Below are positions 1-6,501 of a stretch of DNA of 13,547 bases, one piece after another (the stretch's first letter is position 1; each line of letters opens with the position of its first letter). The notes below the pieces were generated by a model that saw only the letters and a program-made list of their open reading frames with translations, did no database searches and had not been told where the DNA came from. The DNA is from Candidatus Micrarchaeia archaeon. Lineage in GTDB: Archaea; Micrarchaeota; Micrarchaeia; Burarchaeales; Burarchaeaceae. The stretch covers positions 4,931 to 18,477 of the forward strand of contig JBAZVU010000003.1 in assembly GCA_041660725.1 (NCBI GenBank), given 5' to 3'. Made by a program: the position numbers and the translations under genes.

Positions 1-415
1 GCGTGAGCGCGCTGCTGTCCTTCTCGTCTATTGCAGCGGCTATTCTTTCGCCGCCCAGTTCTGCGCACATTTCCCGCGCAAGCTCCTCATCTTCGGCAAG
101 CATACTCGACACCACCACACGCCATGCCCCATTTTCCAGAAGCTCGCGTGCTGCAGCAAGCGAGCGTATTCCGCCCCCTACCTGCACTGGCAAGGAGGCA
201 CTGCGGAGAATGGCGAGTATTGATTCGCGATTCCTCCTTTCTCCGTAAACTGCTGCTTCGAGGTCAACCACATGCACGGCATCAGCACCTGCAGCTTCCA
301 GCGCTGAAAGAGCGTCAAACGGATTTTCATAGTAGGTTTTTGCAGTGGCTAGCTCGCCGCGCACGAGCCTTATGCATTTGCCTTTGAACAAATCAATCGC
401 ACCAATCAAACGCAT
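1..415 (-). CDS. hisA: HisA, ProFAR isomerase (1-(5-phosphoribosyl)-5-[(5-phosphoribosylamino)methylideneamino]imidazole-4-carboxamide isomerase). It is truncated by the window edge, so only the N-terminal 138 codons are present
   Basis: I translated the minus strand from ATG 415-413 by hand: MRLIGAIDLFKGKCIRLVRGELATAKTYYENPFDALSALEAAGADAVHVVDLEAAVYGERRNRESILAILRSASLPVQVGGGIRS... This is the classic HisA/HisF N-terminus (M-R-I-I-P-A-I-D-L type) and the VGGGIRS phosphate-binding motif. No stop appears before the window edge, which is why it is missing from the supplied ORF track. The ATG lies 4 nt downstream of the hisH stop. GGTGA sits 5 nt upstream. Confidence 0.85.
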   Translation of the reverse strand, partial: MRLIGAIDLFKGKCIRLVRGELATAKTYYENPFDALSALEAAGADAVHVVDLEAAVYGERRNRESILAILRSASLPVQVGGGIRSLAAARELLENGAWRVVVSSMLAEDEELAREMCAELGGERIAAAIDEKDSSALT

Positions 416-419
416 CTTC

Positions 420-1016
420 TCACCTGCACAACTCCACGAAATTTTTGATGATTCTCAAGCCTGCCTCGCCGCTTTTCTCAGGGTGGAACTGCACCCCGAA
501 AATATTGTCCCTGCAAACTGCCGCAACCAGCTCGGAGCCATACGCGGCAGTTGCTGCCACAACTGTTGCATCTGCTGGCTCGCAGGAGTAGGAATTGGCA
601 AAGTAGGCGTACGTGCTGTTTGGAATGCCCTTGAAAAGTGCGCAGGCATTTTTCATTTCCAGCTTGTTCCAGCCCATCTGCGGCAGGCGCACTTTTCCCG
701 GAATCTTGCGCACTTTTCCTTCCAGCAGGCCGAGGCTGCTGATGCCTGGCGCCTCTTCGCTCTCCTGGAAAAGCGCCTGCATGCCGAGGCAGATGCCCAA
801 TACGGGCTTGCCTGAAGCTGCAAACGCCCTTATGCTGCCAAGGAATGCCTCACGCCCCTTCAAGGCTGCGAAGGAGCCCACGCCGGGCAGGATGAGCCCG
901 TCGAAAGCGCTGAGGGGGCTGTTGGCCTTTGCTATTGCAGCCTTTCCCTTGCACTTTTGCACAGCTAGCAGGACGCTCCGCAGGTTGCCGGTGCCGAGAT
1001 CCACCACTCCAATCAT
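420..1016 (-). CDS. hisH: HisH, the glutamine amidotransferase subunit of imidazole glycerol phosphate synthase
   Basis: The track ORF 420..1331 contains MIGVVDLGTGNLRSV...ILPGVGSFAA...GICLGMQALFQESEE...QMGWNKL...GVQFHPEKSGEAGLRII. This is a class-I GATase with Cys-His catalytic residues, typical of HisH and about 198 aa long. The upstream 105 codons of the track ORF lie inside hisG and are low-complexity. The true start is the ATG at 1016-1014, which overlaps the hisG stop as ATGA. The stop is TGA 422-420. Confidence 0.9.
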   Translation of the reverse strand: MIGVVDLGTGNLRSVLLAVQKCKGKAAIAKANSPLSAFDGLILPGVGSFAALKGREAFLGSIRAFAASGKPVLGICLGMQALFQESEEAPGISSLGLLEGKVRKIPGKVRLPQMGWNKLEMKNACALFKGIPNSTYAYFANSYSCEPADATVVAATAAYGSELVAAVCRDNIFGVQFHPEKSGEAGLRIIKNFVELCR

Positions 1017-1873
1017 GGTATCACCCGCCTCATCGAAAGCACCAGCATGTCCTTTGCACCTGCCTGCTTGAGCTTTGGCACAAGCTCGGTCAAGCTGTCC
1101 GCGCGCACAACTGAGTGCACTGCATACTCGCCCTTCTTCGCAAGCTGCAAAACAGTAGGGCTTTCCATGCAAGGAATGATGGCCGAGACGCGCTTCAGCG
1201 CCTCGTCGCTCTTCACATTGAGCATCAGGTAGTAGAGCCCCTTTGCCCGCATTATGCCCTCGAAGGCAAGCTGCAGCTCCTGCATGCGCTCGGGCATTTT
1301 TTCTGCCGCCTCGTTGTTGGCTATCAGGCACACGGTGGATTCCATCAGCACGCTGATTTCGCGCAGGTTATTGGCTTCCAAGGTTGCGCCAGTGCTCACA
1401 TGATCCACTATCGCGTCCGCCAGCCCGATGTTCGGGGCCAGCTCAGTTGCCCCAGCCAGCTCAAGAAGCTCCACTTTCAGCCCTTTCTTCCCAAAAAACT
1501 CGCGGGCAAGGTTCGGCAGCTTTGTAGCTATGCGCTTGCCTGCAAGCTGTGAGGGAGAGGTTATTCCTGAGTTTTTCGGGACTGCAAGGGAAATGCGGCA
1601 CGCGCCGTAGCTAAGCATGCAGAGCACCTTCACTCGGCTCTTTCTCTCAAGCACGTTGTCGTAGCCAGTGAGGCCCACGTCCGCAGCGCCTTTCTCAACA
1701 TAGAGGGGCACGTCCTGCGCGCGCGCAAAGAGCATGGAGAGCTTGCCGTTCCTGCTCTTGGAAGAGAGCGAGCCTTTGCTGGCGCTGCCCGCTCCAAAGC
1801 CCGCGTCCTCAAGCAGCTTGAGCGTTGGCTCGTACAGGATGCCCTTGTTCGGTATTGCAATTTTCATTTTCAT
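1013..1873 (-). CDS. hisG: HisG, ATP phosphoribosyltransferase, long form carrying the C-terminal regulatory domain
   Basis: The protein is MKMKIAIPNKGILYEPTLKLLEDAGF...LTGYDNV...(about 286 aa). Its length fits the long HisG form, which does not need HisZ. The ATG at 1873 lies 3 nt after the hisB TAG stop. The track begins one codon earlier, at GTG 1876. The TGA stop at 1015-1013 overlaps the hisH ATG. Confidence 0.9.
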   Translation of the reverse strand: MKMKIAIPNKGILYEPTLKLLEDAGFGAGSASKGSLSSKSRNGKLSMLFARAQDVPLYVEKGAADVGLTGYDNVLERKSRVKVLCMLSYGACRISLAVPKNSGITSPSQLAGKRIATKLPNLAREFFGKKGLKVELLELAGATELAPNIGLADAIVDHVSTGATLEANNLREISVLMESTVCLIANNEAAEKMPERMQELQLAFEGIMRAKGLYYLMLNVKSDEALKRVSAIIPCMESPTVLQLAKKGEYAVHSVVRADSLTELVPKLKQAGAKDMLVLSMRRVIP

Positions 1874-1876
1874 CAC

Positions 1877-2512
1877 CTACTCCAGAGTGCCTTTCACTCC
1901 TGCTATCCCGCCTGCCCTCCAGGGGTTGCTGCGGAAAGCTTCGGCAAGCGCCTCGCCAAAGGCTCTGAATGCAGCTTCCCAGGTGTGGTGCGGGTCCTCG
2001 CCCTTCAGAAGGCTCACGCGCACGCTCGCGCCGGCGCCCTGCGAAAAGCCGTCAAGGAACGCACGCAGGTCGCAGCTTGCCATGTTTTCAACAAGGGCTG
2101 CCTTTGCACCTTCGCATTCCCTGTCAACCCAGCAGCCCGCCCTTCCTTCTATGCTGAGCGCAACTTCGGCAAGCGCCTCGTCTATCATGGAGCGCCTCAC
2201 TGCAGTGCCGTTGATGCCACTGCACATTTCGGCCTCGCACAGGCTGCGCACTGCCTTGCCAAAAGTTATGCCTGCATCCTCTGCAATCGTGTGCTCAAGG
2301 CGCCTTTCCGCCTTCACTGACACGGAAATGTTGAAGCCCGAGCGCCACCATATCATCTCAAGCATGTGGTCGAGGAAAGGCAGTGTGGTTTCAAGCTTCG
2401 GCTTTTGCCTTGCCCCTCTTTCCAGAAGCACGGCCACTTTTGTCTCAGTGGTTGCCCTGGCAGCTTCCACGCCCTCCTTTGTTTTCCTTATTTCAACCCC
2501 GAAGTTTCCCAT
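1877..2512 (-). CDS. hisB: HisB, imidazoleglycerol-phosphate dehydratase
   Basis: The protein is MGNFGVEIRKTKEGVEAARATTETKVAVLLERG...PFLDHMLEMI...RLEHTIAEDAGITFGKA...DPHHTWEAAFRAFGEAL...VKGTLE. The IGPD signature motifs D/HxML and HHxxE are present. The ATG at 2512 lies 4 nt after the hisD TGA. The track starts at a TTG one codon upstream. The stop is TAG 1879-1877. Confidence 0.9.
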   Translation of the reverse strand: MGNFGVEIRKTKEGVEAARATTETKVAVLLERGARQKPKLETTLPFLDHMLEMIWWRSGFNISVSVKAERRLEHTIAEDAGITFGKAVRSLCEAEMCSGINGTAVRRSMIDEALAEVALSIEGRAGCWVDRECEGAKAALVENMASCDLRAFLDGFSQGAGASVRVSLLKGEDPHHTWEAAFRAFGEALAEAFRSNPWRAGGIAGVKGTLE

Positions 2513-2516
2513 CAAA

Positions 2517-3827
2517 TCACCCGCGTTTTACTCCGATGAACCTGCGCATTGCATTTGCGTGCGCAGGAAATCCTTCGTATTCAGCCAGCGCCACCACGTC
2601 CTTCACAAGCGCCTTCGCGCCCTTTTCATCCAGGCGCTCGAAGCTGTAGCACTTCATGAAATCCCGCACGCTTGTTGCTGAGCTGCTTTTGGCCCAGCCG
2701 CCTGTTGGCAGGATTGCATTCGAACCTGTTGCATAGCACCCGCCCACAACGCTGCTGTACTTGCCCAGGAACACTGCGCCTGCATTCCGTATTTTTCCAA
2801 GGGCAGCCAGCTCGTCTTCCACGAGGAGCACCAAGTGCTCAGCTGCATACTCATTGGCAATTTCAAGGGCAGCATCCGTGTTTTTTGCAACTATGATTCC
2901 GCCGTAATTGGTGATTGCGGACTTTGCGAAATTCCTGCGCTTTTCAGGCAGCGTCGCTACCAGGGACTCAACTTCGGCCGTGATTTCCTGCGCCTTTTGC
3001 ATTGAAGTTGCCACTATGACACTTGACGAGTCAGGACCGTGCTCTGCTTCTGCCACTGCTTCCATGGCGGCCACCATGGCGTCCGCTTTTCCGTCCGCAA
3101 CAACGCATATTTCACTGGGGCCTGCGGGCGTGCCAAGTGCCACGTCATTTGAGGCGAGCTTCTTCGCGGAAACAACATAGGGGCTGCCGGGCCCTGTTAT
3201 CTTCTCAACCTTTGGAATGGTCTCAGTGCCGTAAGCCATTGCAGCTATTGCCCCTGCGCCGCCTGCCTTGTAAATCTCAATGTTGCCGATGAGGTCAGCT
3301 GCGACAAGGGTGGCTGCATCCATCTGCTTCTGCGGCGGGGTGCAAACAACTATGCGCTTCACGCCCGCTACCTTGGCTGGCACTGCGAGCATGAGCATTA
3401 CTGATGGAAATGAGCCCTTGCCGCATGGGACGTACAGGCCTGCACTTTCAAGGGGAACCCACTTCTCGCCCACCTCGACGCCCGGCTCGACCTCGATGCT
3501 CCAAGTTTCCAGCTTCGAAAGCTGGGACTCGCAGACCCTGCGTATGTTCTTGTAGGCGCGCTTCAGGGCGCGCAGGACATCAGGGCTGAGCTGCTTGTAG
3601 GCCAGCGCAATTTCCTTTTCCGAAACCCGCAGGCCGTCCAGCTCCACGCCGTCGTATTTCAGGCCGAATTTCCTGAGAGCAGCATCCCCGCGCTGCCTGA
3701 CCTCGGCCATTATGCCAGCAGCTGTTGCATCCACGCTGTTGGAGACTGAATAGCGCCTCATTATCCGCTCTATGCCCGGAGAGCCCGGGACGTAATCATA
3801 AACAGGAACCCATTTTGTGAAGCACAT
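2517..3827 (-). CDS. hisD: HisD, histidinol dehydrogenase
   Basis: The 436-aa ORF contains RQRGDAALRKF...LESAGLYVPCGKGSFPSVMLMLAVPAKVAGVKRIVVCTPP...AGGAGAIAAMAYGTE...GPGSPYV...AGPSEICVVAD...AEAEHGPDSSSV...TGGWAKSSSATSVRDF. The conserved RGD lies about 45 residues from the first ATG, at the same position as in E. coli HisD. This supports the long start at 3827, but M22 at 3764 remains possible. The stop is TGA. Confidence 0.85.
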   Translation of the reverse strand: MCFTKWVPVYDYVPGSPGIERIMRRYSVSNSVDATAAGIMAEVRQRGDAALRKFGLKYDGVELDGLRVSEKEIALAYKQLSPDVLRALKRAYKNIRRVCESQLSKLETWSIEVEPGVEVGEKWVPLESAGLYVPCGKGSFPSVMLMLAVPAKVAGVKRIVVCTPPQKQMDAATLVAADLIGNIEIYKAGGAGAIAAMAYGTETIPKVEKITGPGSPYVVSAKKLASNDVALGTPAGPSEICVVADGKADAMVAAMEAVAEAEHGPDSSSVIVATSMQKAQEITAEVESLVATLPEKRRNFAKSAITNYGGIIVAKNTDAALEIANEYAAEHLVLLVEDELAALGKIRNAGAVFLGKYSSVVGGCYATGSNAILPTGGWAKSSSATSVRDFMKCYSFERLDEKGAKALVKDVVALAEYEGFPAHANAMRRFIGVKRG

Positions 3828-4197
3828 CCCTTTCCGTGCTCACCCCGCCCGCATTTCCCTCCTTCTTGCCTTTCATTTTTTTCATTTTTTCACCCCGTTT
3901 TTCACTTCCCTGCCATTTTTCGAGAATGGAAGGGCGTCCGCTATGCTCGCTTCATTCGGCTGCGCCAGCTCAAGGCAGATTTTGCCCTCGGCTGCGCTAA
4001 GCACTTTTATTTTCACAGTGTCTTTCGGCCCGCCCTTCGCGATGCCGAGCCCCTCACGCAGAAGCAGCGGCAGAACTAGGCGTGCCTTTGAATCCAGCCT
4101 GATGAAGGAACTCCCTCCCTGAGAGAGCCCGCCTGTTGCTTGCCATATCCCACTCTTGTGCCCGTCCCACTATTTATGGGTTTGCTTTTCCCACTTC

Positions 4198-4443
4198 TTA
4201 TTTGTTTGGAAGAAGGGAGTGCAACTCGGCTTCTGAAATTCCCAGCTCCAGCTTTTTCCTCTTGGAAGTCAGGCCGGAAACAATGCGCACCTCGCAATGC
4301 AGGAGTTTTGCCAGCTCCTTCAGCAGCTCAATATTTGCCTTGTTCTTCTCAGCCTGCTCCGTGAGCGAGACGTGGAGCTTGCTGTTTTCGTATTTTACGG
4401 AGAAGTTTTTGGAGTTGGGTTTTACCACGGCTTCAACTATCAT
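4198..4443 (-). CDS. DUF167/YggU-family small protein, 81 aa
   Basis: The protein is MIVEAVVKPNSKNFSVKYENSKLHVSLTEQAEKNKANIELLKELAKLLHCEVRIVSGLTSKRKKLELGI. The K-P-N-(A/S)-K motif and the C-terminal E-(I/V)-VSG-x-TSR/K-x-K motif are the two conserved blocks of the YggU/DUF167 family. The start is leaderless: the ATG lies 26.5 bp from the centre of the shared AATTATAATT element. The stop is TAA. Confidence 0.7.
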   Translation of the reverse strand: MIVEAVVKPNSKNFSVKYENSKLHVSLTEQAEKNKANIELLKELAKLLHCEVRIVSGLTSKRKKLELGISEAELHSLLPNK

Positions 4444-4464
4444 GATGCAGCATGCTCCAAAAAC

Positions 4465-4474
4465 AATTATAATT
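4465..4474. promoter_or_regulatory. Palindromic TATA element AATTATAATT shared by the divergent DUF167 gene (ATG 4443, minus) and dcd (ATG 4496, plus)
   Basis: The element is a perfect 10-bp palindrome centred at 4469.5. Its centre lies exactly 26.5 bp from each start codon. The intergenic spacer is 52 bp. This matches the archaeal TATA box at about -26/-27 with leaderless mRNAs. Confidence 0.6.
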
Positions 4475-4495
4475 CTCAGCTCCCACTAATCCATC

Positions 4496-5065
4496 ATGTC
4501 AATCATGAGCGATGCTGAAATACTCGAGGCAATGGAAAAGGGCGAGATTGCAATAGAGCCGTTTGACAAGAGCTTTCTGGGGCCTGACAGCGTGGACATC
4601 AGGCTCGGCAGGGAGCTTTTGCTGTCGAAGAACATCGGGAAAACCCTGGACCCCCTGAAAAAAGATGAAACTAACTACTTCGAAAAAGTAAGCTTGGGGA
4701 AAAATGAGCCATTCATGCTCGGGCATCATCAATTTGTCCTGGCAAATACGCTGGAGAAAATCGGGCTGTCCCAGAACATTGCTGCGCAAATTGAGGGCAG
4801 GAGCTCAATTGGAAGGTTTGGAATTGTGATACACATGACTGCAGGCATCATTCACGCTGGCTTTGGCTCAAAGAAGCCCAGCACCTTGACGCTGGAAGTT
4901 TAGTCTGTGAACCCGAATCCCGTGCTGCTGCACGCGGGCATGAAAATAGCGCAGCTCTCATTCTTCCATCTGGGAAAGAAGGCGTTGAAGGGCTATGACA
5001 GCATGAAGGGGAGCAAGTATGTTGGGCAGGATGCGCCTGTTGCCCCTAAAGCTTACCTAGACTAG
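4496..5065 (+). CDS. dcd: dCTP deaminase (Dcd/DCD-DUT family) whose frame is interrupted by one in-frame TAG at 4901-4903. It is either a pseudogene, a sequencing error or a read-through site
   Basis: The N-terminal part (track ORF 4496..4903) reads MSDAEILEAMEKGEIAIEPFDKSFLGPDSVDIRLG...EGRSSIGRFGIVIHMTAGIIHAGFGSKKPSTLTLEV*. The same frame continues straight after the TAG: SVNPNPVLLHAGMKIAQLSFFHLGKKALKGYDSMKGSKYVGQDAPVAPKAYLD*. These are the conserved Dcd C-terminal blocks (PGMRIAQLVF, GSKYQGQ). The two parts together give 189 codons, the normal Dcd length. The TAG sits where E. coli Dcd has Tyr (LEFYN). The TATA box lies 26.5 bp upstream, so the transcript is leaderless. Confidence 0.75.
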
Positions 5066-5083
5066 TTGCTCTTTCCTGCCTAG

Positions 5084-5815
5084 TTACTTTTGCCACCAGA
5101 GGAAAGGCACTGACTTTGTGCTCTTTTTCACGACGAGAGTGTTGCTGCCCAGCTTGAGCCTGTGGCTGAACTGGCCGTCTATTACTGCAAAGGCAGGCCT
5201 CTTTGTCTTCACTATGAGCCTTGAAGTCTCGCTGTCCGAAACTACCAGGGGCTTGAAGGAGCGCCTGTAGGGCGCAAGCCCCACTATTTCGTACTTCCTG
5301 GCAGTTGGCGCAAGCTGCTTGCCGCCTGCCGAGTAGGCATAGGCTGAGGAGCCTGTTGGAGTTGAGAAGAGAACGCCGTCTGCCATGAACTTTGCGCGCG
5401 TCCCATCGCAGCGCACGTCAAAGTCCAGCACGCGGTGGTCCCAGTTGCGTATGAACACGTCGTTGAGCGCATCCTCCATCCTTTTGCCATTGAGCCAGCT
5501 TGAAAGCATTGTGCGGTCCTCAAGGCGCGGCCTTGCAAGGGCTGCTGAGAGCTTTTTCTTCCAGTCATTCTGGCGCGCCTGGCAGATGAAGCTCGTCTTG
5601 CTGCCTATGCCGAAGATGGGCACGTCGCAGTGCTCCTTCTCGTGCAAAATAGTGCCGTCGCCGCCCACTGTGATGAGCAGGTCTGCCATTCCGCGCACGC
5701 TTGTAACCTGAATGCCCCGCGAGTGCAGAAAGCTGTGCAGCTGGTGCGTGATGTCATAGGCCCACTGCTTTCGCGGGTTGGGCGCTATTGCAACATGAAG
5801 GATTTTGAAGCCCAT
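5084..5815 (-). CDS. nadK: NAD(+) kinase (NadK/PpnK)
   Basis: The 243-aa protein contains the GGDGT motif (LLITVGGDGTILH), the NDVFI motif, and DGVLFSTPTGSSAYAYSAGG. These are diagnostic of the NAD-kinase/DAG-kinase-like fold. The ATG at 5815 lies 9 nt downstream of the PHP gene stop, so the two genes appear translationally linked. The stop is TAA. Confidence 0.85.
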   Translation of the reverse strand: MGFKILHVAIAPNPRKQWAYDITHQLHSFLHSRGIQVTSVRGMADLLITVGGDGTILHEKEHCDVPIFGIGSKTSFICQARQNDWKKKLSAALARPRLEDRTMLSSWLNGKRMEDALNDVFIRNWDHRVLDFDVRCDGTRAKFMADGVLFSTPTGSSAYAYSAGGKQLAPTARKYEIVGLAPYRRSFKPLVVSDSETSRLIVKTKRPAFAVIDGQFSHRLKLGSNTLVVKKSTKSVPFLWWQK

Positions 5816-5824
5816 AAGAACAAC

Positions 5825-6448
5825 TCAGAAGCCCTTTGCTAAAAACCTTTCCCACTTCCGTCTTGCTATCGCCATCACGTTTTGCGCCATGACAGCCCGC
5901 ATCTTGCCTGCTTTTATCGCGTCAAGCACGTCATCCTCGCGCGGCTTGCAGTTGAGCACGGTGTAAGCATTGCCCACCTCGTACCAGGAGTGCGCATCAC
6001 TGCCGCCAGTGCCTATTGGCACGCGGCGGGAGGCGATGAAATTGTGCACGAAATCGCTGCCATTGAAGCGCTCAATTGCAGTTGCGCCAACATGGAAACA
6101 ATGCGAACCCATGCTTGATTTGCGCTTGCGTATTGAAAACGCATGGGTGACTATGCTGATGCCGCCTGCCTTCTTCGCCCTCTTGGCTATTTCGGCAGCT
6201 GGCATGCCTTTTTCGAAGTCAAAATTGGAGCCCACTCCGAAGACGGAAATGTGGCCCTCTTTTGCGCTGCATTCCATGCCGCGGAGGATTAGGAGGCCCG
6301 GCACGTCCACGTTCCCGCTGTTTATTTTGTTGTGCTCGCATACGCCTATGCCGTCGAGCTTGAGCGCCTTTGCCCTGAGCGCCATCTGCTTGAGCGTGTG
6401 CAGCGCATCGCCTGAGGCGCAAGTGTGCATGTGCAGGTCGATTTTCAC
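5825..6448 (-). CDS. PHP-domain (polymerase and histidinol phosphatase family) metal-dependent phosphoesterase, about 207 aa
   Basis: The protein is (V/M)KIDLHMHTCASGDALHT...GVCEHN...GMECSA...VTHAF...GGSDAHS. The N-terminal DLHxHT motif, the later His/Glu ligands and the GSDAH motif mark the PHP trinuclear-metal phosphoesterase fold of the TrpH/YcdX/HisK type. The track ORF begins at a TTG at 6496. I favour the in-frame GTG at 6448, for two reasons. It gives the family-typical N-terminus MKIDLHMHT. It also lies exactly 27 bp from the TATA element shared with alaX. The stop is TGA. Confidence 0.7.
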   Translation of the reverse strand: MKIDLHMHTCASGDALHTLKQMALRAKALKLDGIGVCEHNKINSGNVDVPGLLILRGMECSAKEGHISVFGVGSNFDFEKGMPAAEIAKRAKKAGGISIVTHAFSIRKRKSSMGSHCFHVGATAIERFNGSDFVHNFIASRRVPIGTGGSDAHSWYEVGNAYTVLNCKPREDDVLDAIKAGKMRAVMAQNVMAIARRKWERFLAKGF

Positions 6449-6471
6449 TCTTTCAGCTGGGGCTTTAACGC

Positions 6472-6478
6472 TTTTATT
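6472..6478. promoter_or_regulatory. TATA element (plus CTTTTATT, minus AATAAAAG) shared by the divergent PHP gene (GTG 6448) and alaX (ATG 6502)
   Basis: The element is centred at 6475, 27 bp from each start codon. The spacer is 53 bp. The geometry is the same as at 4465-4474. Confidence 0.5.
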
Positions 6479-6501
6479 CCTTTGAGCTGCATGCAAAGGC
6501 C

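Noticed and set aside
3-2681. Numerous plus-strand ORFs in the track, among them 3..248, 31..387, 345..815, 613..1071, 1115..1552, 1734..2681 and 1985..2320
   Set aside because: All are antisense to the well-supported his genes. Their products are low-complexity and Ala/Arg/Pro/Ser-rich, the usual shadow ORFs of a GC-rich coding strand. None has a recognisable domain.
4081-4100. T-loop-like sequence CCTTTGAATCC, which could hint at a tRNA
   Set aside because: No complementary T-stem or acceptor stem flanks it, and the loop reads TTTGAAT rather than TTCRANY. I could not fold the rest of the 370-bp gap into a cloverleaf by eye.
3817-4122. Plus-strand 101-aa ORF (MKHIPFRAHPARISLLLAFHFFHFFTPFF...) in the hisD upstream gap
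   Set aside because: It is extremely Phe/Pro/Ser-rich and low-complexity, a consequence of the T-tracts on this strand. It overlaps the putative hisD promoter and runs opposite to all neighbouring transcription. I treated the region as regulatory or non-coding instead.
4076-4297. Minus-strand 73-aa ORF overlapping the 3' end of the DUF167 gene
   Set aside because: It overlaps the better-supported DUF167 CDS by 100 nt in another frame and has no recognisable features.
4496-5065. Pyrrolysine or a reassigned amber codon as the explanation for the in-frame TAG in dcd
   Set aside because: TAG terminates at least six other genes in this same window, including a tightly coupled operon-internal stop in hisB. 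No pylT/pylS context is visible. A mutation or base-call error is the more economical reading.
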